Of a stretch of 64,000 nt of DNA, positions 43,883-53,413 are shown piece by piece. Both the position numbers and the translations under genes were made by a program. Origin of the DNA: an endosymbiont of Galathealinum brachiosum (GTDB lineage Bacteria > Pseudomonadota > Gammaproteobacteria > SZUA-229); NCBI GenBank assembly GCA_003349885.1, contig QFXC01000002.1, positions 3,850 through 67,849 on the forward strand, given 5' to 3'. Each line of letters opens with the position of its first letter. Position 1 is the first letter of the stretch. The notes below the pieces were generated by a model. The model saw nothing but the letters and a program-made list of their open reading frames with translations, made no database searches and was not told where the DNA came from.

Positions 43883-43934
43883 AAAGGGGGCGTGACAATT
43901 GTAAATACTAATAATTATCAGCAGTCACCGACCC
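43883..43934. repeat. repeat family B copy
   Basis: gggggcgtgacaattgtaaatactaataattatcagcagtcaccgacccc. Confidence 0.7.
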
Positions 43935-44105
43935 CATTAATTCACCTCATATTATTATATTATGTCAGCGCAAAAACCGTGACATAATAACCTTATGTTA
44001 CTAACCACTACTCTAGAGACTCTGAAGTGAAACAATCTATAAAACCCAGAACAAAGGCCACTGCCCTGCAGGCATTCTATGGTAATGCAATCTTACGATT
44101 AAGGT

Positions 44106-44834
44106 GTGCTGATAATGCGTGAGCCAATACGACTGGATAAACGTTGTGTTGAGCTGTTTGATTGCTCACGTGGCGATGCAGTGAAGTACATTCAAGGTGG
44201 CTGGGTGCTGGTAGATGGCGAAGTAGAAGAACGCCCTCAGTTTAAAGTGCAGAATCAGCAGATAGAACTGCATGAAAATGCGTCGTTAGAGCCAATTGAA
44301 CCGGTAACGCTACTGCTCAATTTGCCCGATGGGTTTGGTACCGATGATTCAACTGAAATGCAGCAATTAATCACCACCGAGAGCCATTGTGATGAAGATT
44401 ACTCCGGTGTGCACATGCTCAACAAACATTTTTATGATCTTAAACCCGCTTCAATTCTACAGAATGGAGCTTCGGGTTTAATGGTATACAGCAAAGACTA
44501 CAAGGTGATACGCGTACTACTTGAAAATGACAAAAAGAAAGAAGAGGAATACATCGTAGAATTTAGTGACGAGTATACGTCCGAGACACTAGAGAAACTA
44601 AACTGGCTTGCGCATAGTAAAGATGAATCACTTCCTAAATACAAAGCCAGCAAGCAAAGCGAAAAATGCATGCGTTTTGTAATTGAGTTTGCAGACCCCG
44701 ATCAAATTGAAACCCTGTGTAAACGTTTCAACTTAACTATTGTAGCGATGAAACGGATTAGAATAGGTCGGGTTTCTATGAAAAAATTACCGTCTGGTCA
44801 GTGGCGCTATTTATCCAGAAAGGCTATGTTTTGA
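44106..44834 (+). CDS. RsuA-family pseudouridine synthase-like protein lacking catalytic Asp
   Basis: S4 domain (LDKRCVELFDCSRGDAVKYIQGGWVLVDGE) and RsuA-like C-terminus (IRIGRVSM..LPSGQWRYL) but motif II reads ILQNGASGL instead of RLDxDTTGL. Confidence 0.5.
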   Translation: MLIMREPIRLDKRCVELFDCSRGDAVKYIQGGWVLVDGEVEERPQFKVQNQQIELHENASLEPIEPVTLLLNLPDGFGTDDSTEMQQLITTESHCDEDYSGVHMLNKHFYDLKPASILQNGASGLMVYSKDYKVIRVLLENDKKKEEEYIVEFSDEYTSETLEKLNWLAHSKDESLPKYKASKQSEKCMRFVIEFADPDQIETLCKRFNLTIVAMKRIRIGRVSMKKLPSGQWRYLSRKAMF

Positions 44835-44863
44835 GAATATAACTCTAAGAAGAATTGGTATTG

Positions 44864-44907
44864 GAGTGCACACTCTCTAAACATTAGAAACAATTGTGCT
44901 CTGGACT
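44864..44907. repeat. repeat family C copy
   Basis: gagtgcacactctctaaacattagaaacaattgtgctctggac. Confidence 0.6.
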
Positions 44908-44967
44908 TCCCCCTATTATCTTACGCGCTAATGGGTGTTGCTGAGATTAATACAATTATTCAGTAAA

Positions 44968-46077
44968 TTAGGATAATTCCTTAAATTGATTGTAGGCTTT
45001 TTCTAGTCGATCATCTTTTACTTTATTTAAACTAAAAATGGTATCGCATTTATCTGCGGAAGCAAAATCAATCATAATTATATTCGGAAAGAAAGCTTTC
45101 ATACGCATTTTTTGATTAGATTTTCGTTTCAAAATTTTATCCAACGAGAGCTGATGATCGATAGATGCCTCCAGGCCACAGCGCCACAGCTCATCCATTT
45201 TATTAACGCCTGTATTCTTCGACCACAGCAGATTATTTCTGCTCTTGATACTGCTAAGTGATCCCGTAGCAGTCCAATACATCATACCTAATACATAGGG
45301 TGATTGAAGGTCATCGGCATTAGCCATTTGTAACATAAGCTTCTTTTGCTTTTTAAAATTTTCACTCATTTTGCTTTTATTTGTTTTCCAGAAAGCCCCA
45401 GCTGATGTTCCGCCTTTTCCAAAATATTGAAGCCCTTTGTAACCAATAGTATAGGCTTTAGCTGGCCCCTTTTTAGCCTTAAGAGACCTAAAGCCCAGGA
45501 TGCCATCTTTAGCACCTTGCGTTATATCTTTAAGGGCTTTATCGTTAAATACGCAAATCACTTTTCTAGAAACTTCGTCAAGTGTAAGCCTGCCGAAATC
45601 TTTACCCTGATCTACAAATATACTGCTACCAAGAATATTGATACAGTAATCAGCTATCAGCTGATAGTTTGTACACTTATCAAACTTTAAAATAAGAAAC
45701 TCTTTTGAATTACCACGAGTAACAAATGATTTTGCCTGTTTAAGCATGTTGGACAATTTAAGTCCCGTCACTCCATACTTCATACCACTACTAACATTAA
45801 CACTGTAGTCATCCTTGGCATGGCTGCTTTGTAGCTGGACATTAGATGTACTTTTTCCTTTACCATGGTATCCAACTAATGAAGCGCCGTTTTTACCACC
45901 CTGAGCAAGAATACGTAGATCAAATAGACGAATACCGGCATTTGCTTGTTTCCCTATATCGAGATCCTGTGTTTGAACAGCTTTACCCCCATTTGTGATA
46001 GAGGCATCATGACTTCCTGCAAAAATAATTTCGCTTAATCGCTTACCGCCGCCTAGTTGGTGATAGTTAATTCCCAT
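44968..46077 (-). CDS. PI-PLC X-domain-like phosphodiesterase (PLC-like TIM barrel)
   Basis: AGSHDASIT / RLFDLRI / GYHG match bacterial PI-PLC blocks PGTHDSGT / RIFDIRG / LHHGP; lysine-rich C-terminal half. Confidence 0.5.
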   Translation of the reverse strand: MGINYHQLGGGKRLSEIIFAGSHDASITNGGKAVQTQDLDIGKQANAGIRLFDLRILAQGGKNGASLVGYHGKGKSTSNVQLQSSHAKDDYSVNVSSGMKYGVTGLKLSNMLKQAKSFVTRGNSKEFLILKFDKCTNYQLIADYCINILGSSIFVDQGKDFGRLTLDEVSRKVICVFNDKALKDITQGAKDGILGFRSLKAKKGPAKAYTIGYKGLQYFGKGGTSAGAFWKTNKSKMSENFKKQKKLMLQMANADDLQSPYVLGMMYWTATGSLSSIKSRNNLLWSKNTGVNKMDELWRCGLEASIDHQLSLDKILKRKSNQKMRMKAFFPNIIMIDFASADKCDTIFSLNKVKDDRLEKAYNQFKELS

Positions 46078-46126
46078 AATTACATCCTTTATTTATGTCA
46101 ATTTTTATGGATTATAGTCCTTTAAA

Positions 46127-46166
46127 TGAAAGAGGAGCTAATTTTTAATCCCTCCTTTCCTTTTTT
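46127..46166. repeat. degenerate repeat family A copy
   Basis: gaaagaggagctaatttttaatccctcctttcctttttt; right arm intact, left arm decayed. Confidence 0.5.
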
Positions 46167-46213
46167 CACCTTTTTCAAGGCTGCACTCCACCACAAGCCT
46201 ATACATCCCTAAT

Positions 46214-46507
46214 ATGAATGCCGTACTCACAACTTCAGAGCAGCAAAACTGGCTTGCACATAGCAAAAACGAATTACTGCCAAAATACAAAGCCAGCAAG
46301 AAAAGTGAAAAATGCATGCGTTTTGTAATTGAGTTTGCAGACCCCGATCAAATTGAAACCCTGTGTAAACGTTTCAACTTAACTATTGTAGCGATGAAAC
46401 GGATTAGAATAGGCCGGGTATCTATGAAAAAATCACCTCGGGTCAGTGGCGCTATTTATCCAGAAAGGCTATGTTTTGAGAATATACGCCTGTTATTTAT
46501 TAATTAA
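46214..46507 (+). pseudogene. frameshifted duplicate of the 3' end of the RsuA-like gene
   Basis: 46247..46486 ~95% identical to 44601..44841 at nucleotide level with 1-nt indel (attaccgtctggtcag vs atcacctcgggtcag). Confidence 0.6.
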
Positions 46508-46707
46508 ATAAGCGCATTAGCCCTTAAATCAGAACGGGAAATCGGAACGGAAAACAATTTTGTTTTATGCCCGACTCATAGACTGTACAATACTCACACT
46601 GCAGCAACTATATCGACACTTGAAAACCATAATATAAGTATGTTACCAAAATAAATGTACCAGTAACCTGAACTACATTAACAACTCTACCAAAAACAGG
46701 ATGCACA

Positions 46708-47106
46708 ATGTCTGAACAAATTGCCAAACAATGGCTAGAAGAAGCAATCTCTACAGCCGCGAATAAAGATCATGCTGCACATATGAATCTCATATCAAAA
46801 AAAGTGACCTTACAGGGCATGGCTGATTTTGAAAACATTGGTTATGATGACTGGGCCGCACAAACGCAACACGAATTTGAAAACAATGTATTGAAAAGCA
46901 TTAGTTACAAAGGTTTTAAACCACTCAAAAGCACACAAACCCACATTATGTTTAAAACATTTGAAACGGTAGAAGCCAATGACGGCACGGTAAATGCTCA
47001 AGGCATAGAAATACTATTAGAAAAAGAAAATGATGAACAATGGAGACTGGTGCAGGAGCGGATATTACCTGAAGAAGAAGCAAGTCATGATGGACTTGTT
47101 GCTTAA
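46708..47106 (+). CDS. hypothetical protein (possibly SnoaL/NTF2-like)
   Basis: ORF; weak fold guess only. Confidence 0.3.
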   Translation: MSEQIAKQWLEEAISTAANKDHAAHMNLISKKVTLQGMADFENIGYDDWAAQTQHEFENNVLKSISYKGFKPLKSTQTHIMFKTFETVEANDGTVNAQGIEILLEKENDEQWRLVQERILPEEEASHDGLVA

Positions 47107-48284
47107 CGCCTTTTTTTAGGTACGTAATTCAAAATAGAAACAGGCACCACTTTTTTAACATCAAAGCCCTCGAATTCTTTTCGTACAATAATATGCCCCA
47201 GACGACTTTCGATAGCACAAAGATTTTTAAAATCATTTTTTGTTACAAATGATACAGCTTCACCGCAAGCACCCGCACGACCGGTACGACCAATTCGATG
47301 AATATAATCTTCAGTCTGGTATGGCAAATCATAATTAATGACACGAGTAAGGTTATCGATATCAATACCGCGAGCAGCTATACCTGTAGCCACTAAAAAT
47401 TTTAGCTCACCTGATTTAAATTCGCCCAGCACTCTTTCACGAGAAGCCTGACTTCTGCCGCCATGAATGGCCTCAGCTTTAATGCCGCGCTTTTCAAGCT
47501 GACTAACCAGCTTGGCACAGGCATGTTTTTTCTCAATAAAAATAAGCGCCTGTTCCCATTGCAGATCTTTAATTAAATGGCTTATTAATGCAGACTTCCT
47601 GTCTTTATCTACCGTGACCAGCCACTGATCAATTTTCGGTGTAGTAGCAGACCCGGGAGATACCGATATTTCTACCGCATCGTCGTTAACGGTATCGGCT
47701 AAAAAACGCACATCATTCGTTAGCGTGGCTGAAAACAATAAACTCTGACGTTGTTCAGGCAAACGATCAATAATATTATTGATATCGTCAATAAAGCCCA
47801 TATCCAGCATTCTGTCGGCTTCATCCAGCACCAGCACTTCAAGCTCATCAAAATGTATCGACCTTTGATGTGCCAAATCTATCAGCCGCCCCGGGGTGGC
47901 AACCAGAATATCAATACCTTCCAGTAACCGTTGTTTTTGAGCCTCGGTATCAACACCACCAAACATAGCCATTGAGCTAAGGTTTAAATACTTGCCGTAC
48001 TGTGCAACATTTGACTCAACCTGCACTGCAAGCTCACGAGTGGGCACAAGAATGAGCGCACGTATACGCTTGCCACGCAGCGTGCATTCGGTATTTAACA
48101 ACTCGAGTATCGGCAATACAAAACTGGCCGTTTTACCTGTACCCGTTTGCGCAGCGGCAACCAGATCTTTACCCGACAAGATAACCGGGACTGCCTGTTT
48201 CTGTATCGCTGTGGGCTCGGTATAACCAAGCTCATCCACCGCTTTTAAAATAGAATCACTTAATCCAGGCATTGAAAATGGCAT
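47103..48284 (-). CDS. rhlE: DEAD-box ATP-dependent RNA helicase, RhlE-like
   Basis: AQTGTGKTASF, PTRELA, DEAD, SAT, HRIGRTGRAG motifs; collinear with E. coli RhlE core. Confidence 0.8.
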   Translation of the reverse strand: MPFSMPGLSDSILKAVDELGYTEPTAIQKQAVPVILSGKDLVAAAQTGTGKTASFVLPILELLNTECTLRGKRIRALILVPTRELAVQVESNVAQYGKYLNLSSMAMFGGVDTEAQKQRLLEGIDILVATPGRLIDLAHQRSIHFDELEVLVLDEADRMLDMGFIDDINNIIDRLPEQRQSLLFSATLTNDVRFLADTVNDDAVEISVSPGSATTPKIDQWLVTVDKDRKSALISHLIKDLQWEQALIFIEKKHACAKLVSQLEKRGIKAEAIHGGRSQASRERVLGEFKSGELKFLVATGIAARGIDIDNLTRVINYDLPYQTEDYIHRIGRTGRAGACGEAVSFVTKNDFKNLCAIESRLGHIIVRKEFEGFDVKKVVPVSILNYVPKKRR

Positions 48285-48555
48285 ATAAAATCTCAGGTGT
48301 ATAAATAATGGAAATTAACAACGAACGGCTCAGGACACTATGGCAGGATTGTGCAAATAACTGATCGCGAGAAAGAGCAAAGACGCCAAGTATAACAGTA
48401 AGCCTTATTATTAAGTCAGCTAAGAAGATAGATACCGAAAATATTTAGCTGGGGTAAATTAGAAACATATCGCTCTTTAAAGGGTTTTATGACAATGACT
48501 GGTGTGAATATTTATCACTTGTCATCACCCCTTCAGTTTAGCGTAGAACTCTCTA

Positions 48556-48789
48556 TTAAAAATGCTCTTCCACACGAATAGACTCGAAGCCAATATCACG
48601 TCCCACCTCGGTCACCTGCTTCAAAGTATGATAGAGGCGTTCGTGCCCTGAGTGATCAGTTAACATTTCTATTTTTCCAGTTGGTGTATGAAACAACAAA
48701 TGCCAACCATTGCCCTTTTCAGATGGTTCAGCTGCCGCACCTGTCAGATGGCCAGCTTCAAATTCTGCTTGCGCATGCATAAGATCCAT
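48556..48789 (-). CDS. small hypothetical protein
   Basis: ORF only. Confidence 0.25.
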   Translation of the reverse strand: MDLMHAQAEFEAGHLTGAAAEPSEKGNGWHLLFHTPTGKIEMLTDHSGHERLYHTLKQVTEVGRDIGFESIRVEEHF

Positions 48790-48974
48790 ATCTATCTCCT
48801 GCGTTTTTTGTCATTACCTCAAAGTCTAGCGCACCCTGAATAACACCCATAATAATAAAATTTAAGCTTAATAATTAACTCTATTTATCATTTCTATAAA
48901 CAGGACGAGCTGCACCCACAAACAGTGGTTTATAAGCTATAAAATAAATAGCCAAATGACAAAAGGAGATCGCT

Positions 48975-49547
48975 ATGCAACACCAACAAACAATCGATCC
49001 TGCACGTCTTGGCCCCCTCTCCCAGCTAGTTGGTTCATGGGAAGGAGACACAGGCCATGACGATTATTCCAGTATCACAACCAACCCCGTAGAAACCAAA
49101 TACCGTGAGACCACCACTTTTGAACCTGTCGGCCCTATAAAAAATGGTTCGCGTGAACTGTATGGTTTACGTTATACCACTAGCGCCTGGCCAACCGGTG
49201 AAGACAGGCCATTTCATCAGGAACTGGGATACTGGCTATGGTCTCCAAAAGACCATCAAATTGTACGTTGTTTTACCAATCAAAATGGTGTCACCATCCA
49301 TGCCGGTGGTCACTGTGAAGACGATTCTCATCATATAGAAATGATGGCAAACGCAGAATCAGATGAATACGGTATTTCATCCAGCCCATCTTTAAATGAA
49401 GGTCATAAAATGCTGTCATATAAATTCGAGCTAGATATGTTAAATGATAAGCAATTTAGCTATACGGAAGAAACACATTTAAAAAATGGTGCCAATGAAG
49501 ACGTACTTGTACATAAAGATAGAAATGCAATGACTAAACTTTTTTAA
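48975..49547 (+). CDS. hypothetical protein, possibly DUF1794/nitrobindin-like beta-barrel
   Basis: LGPLSQLVGSWEGDTG resembles the nitrobindin N-terminal motif (LxxLLGTWRGEG); weak. Confidence 0.35.
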   Translation: MQHQQTIDPARLGPLSQLVGSWEGDTGHDDYSSITTNPVETKYRETTTFEPVGPIKNGSRELYGLRYTTSAWPTGEDRPFHQELGYWLWSPKDHQIVRCFTNQNGVTIHAGGHCEDDSHHIEMMANAESDEYGISSSPSLNEGHKMLSYKFELDMLNDKQFSYTEETHLKNGANEDVLVHKDRNAMTKLF

Positions 49548-49588
49548 GCACATGACTATCTGCCTGTAACAAAGGTCACTTCACACAA

Positions 49589-50305
49589 GTGACCTTTTTT
49601 AATGAAGTAAATAATATGAAAATAATTGTTTTTATCATCCTGATTTTTACAATAACATTTAGTTTAAATAGTGTTGCTGAGATAGCGCCCACTAACAGCG
49701 AGCTTGAAAAATGGTTTAATAGTGATGACGAACTATCAACCGAGCATGTCAATGAAGGCGAATTAAATTTTCTGGAAAAAACCCCGGAAATACCCAACTT
49801 TCATTCTATAAATCGACTTTCTATTAGTCAGGAAAGCTTAATAACAGGCTGGGTACTACTCGAGCAATGTTACGAGAATCTTGACCCTGTCCCAGTAACT
49901 GACATTGAGTATCAATATAAATCAATACGTAATTTACGCATAACAACACAACAGAATATTGAAGCGGCAACCGTTGATAATAAGACTATTCATCTTGATA
50001 CCGTAAATAAAAATGCAAAACTCTGCATTAAAGCCGAAGTAAAAATTTTAAAAAAAATGAACAACACTCATTTTAGTTTAACTAACGGTCCATTTCATCG
50101 ACAGTTTCTGGATGGTTACTACCCATACCATTTAAGCCTACAGATAAATTACCCATCATCAATTCTGCAGCTTGCATCAACCTCACCCAGAAATCAAAAA
50201 GGTTTCATAGTAAAAAAAGAAGTTGATATGCTTTATATTGAAAGTCACTTCGAAGGCAAACTGATAATACATTTTATGTTTAATAAAATAATCGCTAACT
50301 CATAA
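49589..50305 (+). CDS. secreted hypothetical protein
   Basis: signal peptide. Confidence 0.35.
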   Translation: MTFFNEVNNMKIIVFIILIFTITFSLNSVAEIAPTNSELEKWFNSDDELSTEHVNEGELNFLEKTPEIPNFHSINRLSISQESLITGWVLLEQCYENLDPVPVTDIEYQYKSIRNLRITTQQNIEAATVDNKTIHLDTVNKNAKLCIKAEVKILKKMNNTHFSLTNGPFHRQFLDGYYPYHLSLQINYPSSILQLASTSPRNQKGFIVKKEVDMLYIESHFEGKLIIHFMFNKIIANS

Positions 50306-50316
50306 AAAACGTAGCC

Positions 50317-50802
50317 CTACATATTATTTTTTAAAGCTGTAAGCGCCCGAAGAAAATTTTCTGAATTGTCACAGGGTATACGACAGTCGATGGTGCCCTT
50401 CCACCCCTCCTGAAAAGCGGCGGCATCTATCACTATTCGAAGTCGCGCTTTTTCATCAAGACTAATATCAAATGCCTTAAACGATTCGTGTGAGACAGGC
50501 ACGTGAAAAACAGGCGGGATAACGTTTCCTCGGAAGCACGCAAAACTATTTTTTGTAAGAACAACCGAACCCATAATCAATGAGATTTTTCGGCCATAAT
50601 ACACATAAGGTGCACGGAAGTTTCTGTATCTAACCACAATGGACAGCCCTTCATCCTGAAGTATAATACCTTCTTTTTCCATGTCACTGCGATATCGTTC
50701 TGGGATTTTTCCAAATCCGAACCAGCGATAGAGAATCGATTTCGCCATGTATATTTCTAACCTTGTATCTGAGTTTATATTTGAGCTTAATGAATTAAAC
50801 AT
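50317..50802 (-). CDS. hypothetical protein
   Basis: ORF only. Confidence 0.3.
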   Translation of the reverse strand: MFNSLSSNINSDTRLEIYMAKSILYRWFGFGKIPERYRSDMEKEGIILQDEGLSIVVRYRNFRAPYVYYGRKISLIMGSVVLTKNSFACFRGNVIPPVFHVPVSHESFKAFDISLDEKARLRIVIDAAAFQEGWKGTIDCRIPCDNSENFLRALTALKNNM

Positions 50803-50828
50803 GAGTAATCGTATTTACTGAAGAGTTA

Positions 50829-51470
50829 TTAAGCCCTACGGGTTTTAATATCAACGACGGTATCGGATGATTTTCTCTTCAAGTGTATATTCATATCAAA
50901 CAGCTCAGCAATAGAACGGCTTTGCTGTAAACGGCGTCTGAGAAATTCACGGGTATTGCGCTGATTTTGAGAACGATCCATAACCCAGTAGCTAAAGGTA
51001 AGTAGATAGAGAGACGTCAGACCTATCTCCTCAGCAATACGCGAAAGATGGGTTGTCTGGCTATGTGCTGCTTCAAGAAACCACTGCACAGTACGGCTAA
51101 CCCTCAAAACACCCAGAACCTGCAAGTGTAAATGGGCAGGCTCAAGCTTATATAACAACATATCTCTGGAAACGGTTTTGTGTTTCGCAAGCTCATCTAA
51201 CCAGGCCATGATAAGCGAATGAATGCGACTGGCTTTGTTCAGGTTCAGAAAATCAGCAGGTTCAGCCGTCTTCAACATGGACTGATCTGCCCTGTCATAC
51301 CAGGCCTCAACCAAATCATCTTTCTGACGGTAAAACATATGAAGACGACTCAACGGAATATCAATCCGCTCTGCTACATCGTGTAACCGTAAAGACTCCC
51401 AGCCACAATTGTCTGCCAGGAGTAAAGCCGTATCCAGAATCATATCTGCCTGATTATGCGATCTGCTCAT
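50829..51470 (-). CDS. TetR/AcrR-family transcriptional regulator
   Basis: N-terminal HTH ILDTALLLADNCGWESLRLHDVAERIDIPLSRLHMFYRQKDDL. Confidence 0.7.
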   Translation of the reverse strand: MSRSHNQADMILDTALLLADNCGWESLRLHDVAERIDIPLSRLHMFYRQKDDLVEAWYDRADQSMLKTAEPADFLNLNKASRIHSLIMAWLDELAKHKTVSRDMLLYKLEPAHLHLQVLGVLRVSRTVQWFLEAAHSQTTHLSRIAEEIGLTSLYLLTFSYWVMDRSQNQRNTREFLRRRLQQSRSIAELFDMNIHLKRKSSDTVVDIKTRRA

Positions 51471-51569
51471 GGTGGTTAACCTCTATGCTTATATAAATAA
51501 GAATAGCTCAGATGTGATGAATAAAGTTAATGAACGGATAACTGGTTGTGCCTTAAGCGTGAATTGCTA

Positions 51570-51613
51570 GCAGAGCACAATACTCTCTAATATTAGAAAC
51601 AATTGTGCTCTGG
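51570..51613. repeat. repeat family C, most complete copy (cagagcacaat-actctctaatattagaaa-caattgtgctctg)
   Basis: 13-bp inverted repeat arms around an AT-rich core; in promoter region of TetR gene. Confidence 0.7.
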
Positions 51614-51643
51614 CATCTATTTTCAGCGAGCACTTAAACTAAT

Positions 51644-52603
51644 TTATAGCGACTGCAATTGCCGTTTTTCACTGTATCGTTTGCATTCACTGAAGTATTT
51701 TTTTGTACTTACAGGCATTGGTGTTCTGGCACGGGTAATAAATGCAATTAACCTGCAGCCGTGCTTCATCAGATATTTAATATCGAATTCACGCATCAGT
51801 GAATGGTTTATTGCAGCCTCTTCTGTTACAGACGAAAAGTCAATAATCGCTTCACCAGCCACCACAAAGTCTGACCAGACATCCAGCACATTGTCATCAG
51901 TACGCAGGGTTTCGCATTTGTATTTAGCGGTTTGCGCATAGTTTAAAATTAGCGGCTCTAAACCGGCAAAACGGCGATCTTCTTTTATGCTATCCGTCAT
52001 ATATGCGGCAACCTGATCAAGATTTTTCATGGTCATTGCGATTTTTACATAACGACTTTCATAGAATTCTTCTATGGGCATAATAAATGCTTTAAAAGGT
52101 TCTCCCCAAAGCTCATCAATACCTTCATCACCATTGCGGTGTTTAACCATTTTTCCATATTCCAGTGCCTGCTGAAGGCACTTGCCACAGGTTCTCATTA
52201 AATCATTGTCTGGTTTAATTTCTACACCTTTGGCCTCCAACTCTACAAGACTGGTAAAGATGTCAGCGGCTCGATTAAACAGAGCCCCTGCTAACATGGC
52301 ACCCTTTACCCGTTTTTTACTCTGATCGGTTTCTGCTTCATACACGTCAAACACTTCTTCAAGCAATCTGCCCGGAATATTAATGCCGTGTTCCATATGA
52401 TTAAATAAGCGGCGTGTTAATGACTGTATCAGATCTTTTTTAGCGGTCAGGTTATCTACAGGAGGCTTATAACATTTTACCCAGTAGCCATCGTAATAGA
52501 CGGAAGTAACCCCATCATTTTCTTTACGTAAGCCATTTTTTACGGTGTCTTTCATGCTTAATTCGCTATCACTAATTTTATTATTCTCTACAAACAAACC
52601 CAA
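51644..52603 (-). CDS. hypothetical protein
   Basis: ORF only; no family recognised. Confidence 0.35.
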   Translation of the reverse strand: MGLFVENNKISDSELSMKDTVKNGLRKENDGVTSVYYDGYWVKCYKPPVDNLTAKKDLIQSLTRRLFNHMEHGINIPGRLLEEVFDVYEAETDQSKKRVKGAMLAGALFNRAADIFTSLVELEAKGVEIKPDNDLMRTCGKCLQQALEYGKMVKHRNGDEGIDELWGEPFKAFIMPIEEFYESRYVKIAMTMKNLDQVAAYMTDSIKEDRRFAGLEPLILNYAQTAKYKCETLRTDDNVLDVWSDFVVAGEAIIDFSSVTEEAAINHSLMREFDIKYLMKHGCRLIAFITRARTPMPVSTKKYFSECKRYSEKRQLQSL

Positions 52604-52749
52604 ACTTTGCTCATGTATTAATTATAGCGCTAAAAAATCTTCTATTGTTACTTTATCAAAGACAAAAAAACTAATTATTTAGCAGATTTAGAGTAACGAG
52701 TGATAACGGCAGTTAAGCCATTATCGCCTTCTTTGTATATTTAATTAAT

Positions 52750-52794
52750 TAGTGCCAGAGCACAATACTCTTCAATCATAGAAACAATTATGCC
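52750..52794. repeat. repeat family C copy
   Basis: gccagagcacaatactcttcaatcatagaaacaattatgcccag. Confidence 0.6.
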
Positions 52795-52849
52795 CAGCCG
52801 TAAGCACTCGAAGAAAACTTTCAATATAAAACAAATAATCTGGGGGGGT

Positions 52850-53413
52850 TCACTCTGACACTTTTTTACTTTTTAATTTAACATCAGATTTTAAGAGTTT
52901 TTTCAAAAAACCTATATAAACAGGACTCATCCATTCGCGCCCACCAATAGCCTGATACTTCACTTCACCTTTAGGGTTTATCAAAAATGATGTGGGTAAA
53001 CCTCGAGGCTTCCATACTTCGGTAACCAGCCCATCAACATCCATCAAACTATTCAAATCAACATTTATAGAACCTAAAAACTCAAAAACGGTATCTTCAT
53101 CTTCAGCCGTATTAACCATTACAATTTGAAATGCTTCACCCTTCATTTTATCAGCTAACTCTTGTATCACCGGCATCTCTTCTCTACAAGGACCACACCA
53201 GCTTGCCCAGAAGTGAAGAAAAACCCAGCGCCCTTTTGAATCATTTAATTCAAATGGCTCACCATCAATATCATTTAAGGTAAAGTTTTGTGCACTACCA
53301 ATATCATAATGCCGTATACCAAAGGGCACCTCTGAGCTACTTGCATTTATCGATAAGTTTACAAATACGCCAAGCACAAAAACCATTAGTGTTAATACTT
53401 GTTTTATACTCAT
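52850..53413 (-). CDS. TlpA/ResA-like periplasmic thiol:disulfide oxidoreductase (start at MSIKQV)
   Basis: signal peptide; FLHFWASWCGPCREEMP. Confidence 0.7.
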   Translation of the reverse strand: MSIKQVLTLMVFVLGVFVNLSINASSSEVPFGIRHYDIGSAQNFTLNDIDGEPFELNDSKGRWVFLHFWASWCGPCREEMPVIQELADKMKGEAFQIVMVNTAEDEDTVFEFLGSINVDLNSLMDVDGLVTEVWKPRGLPTSFLINPKGEVKYQAIGGREWMSPVYIGFLKKLLKSDVKLKSKKVSE

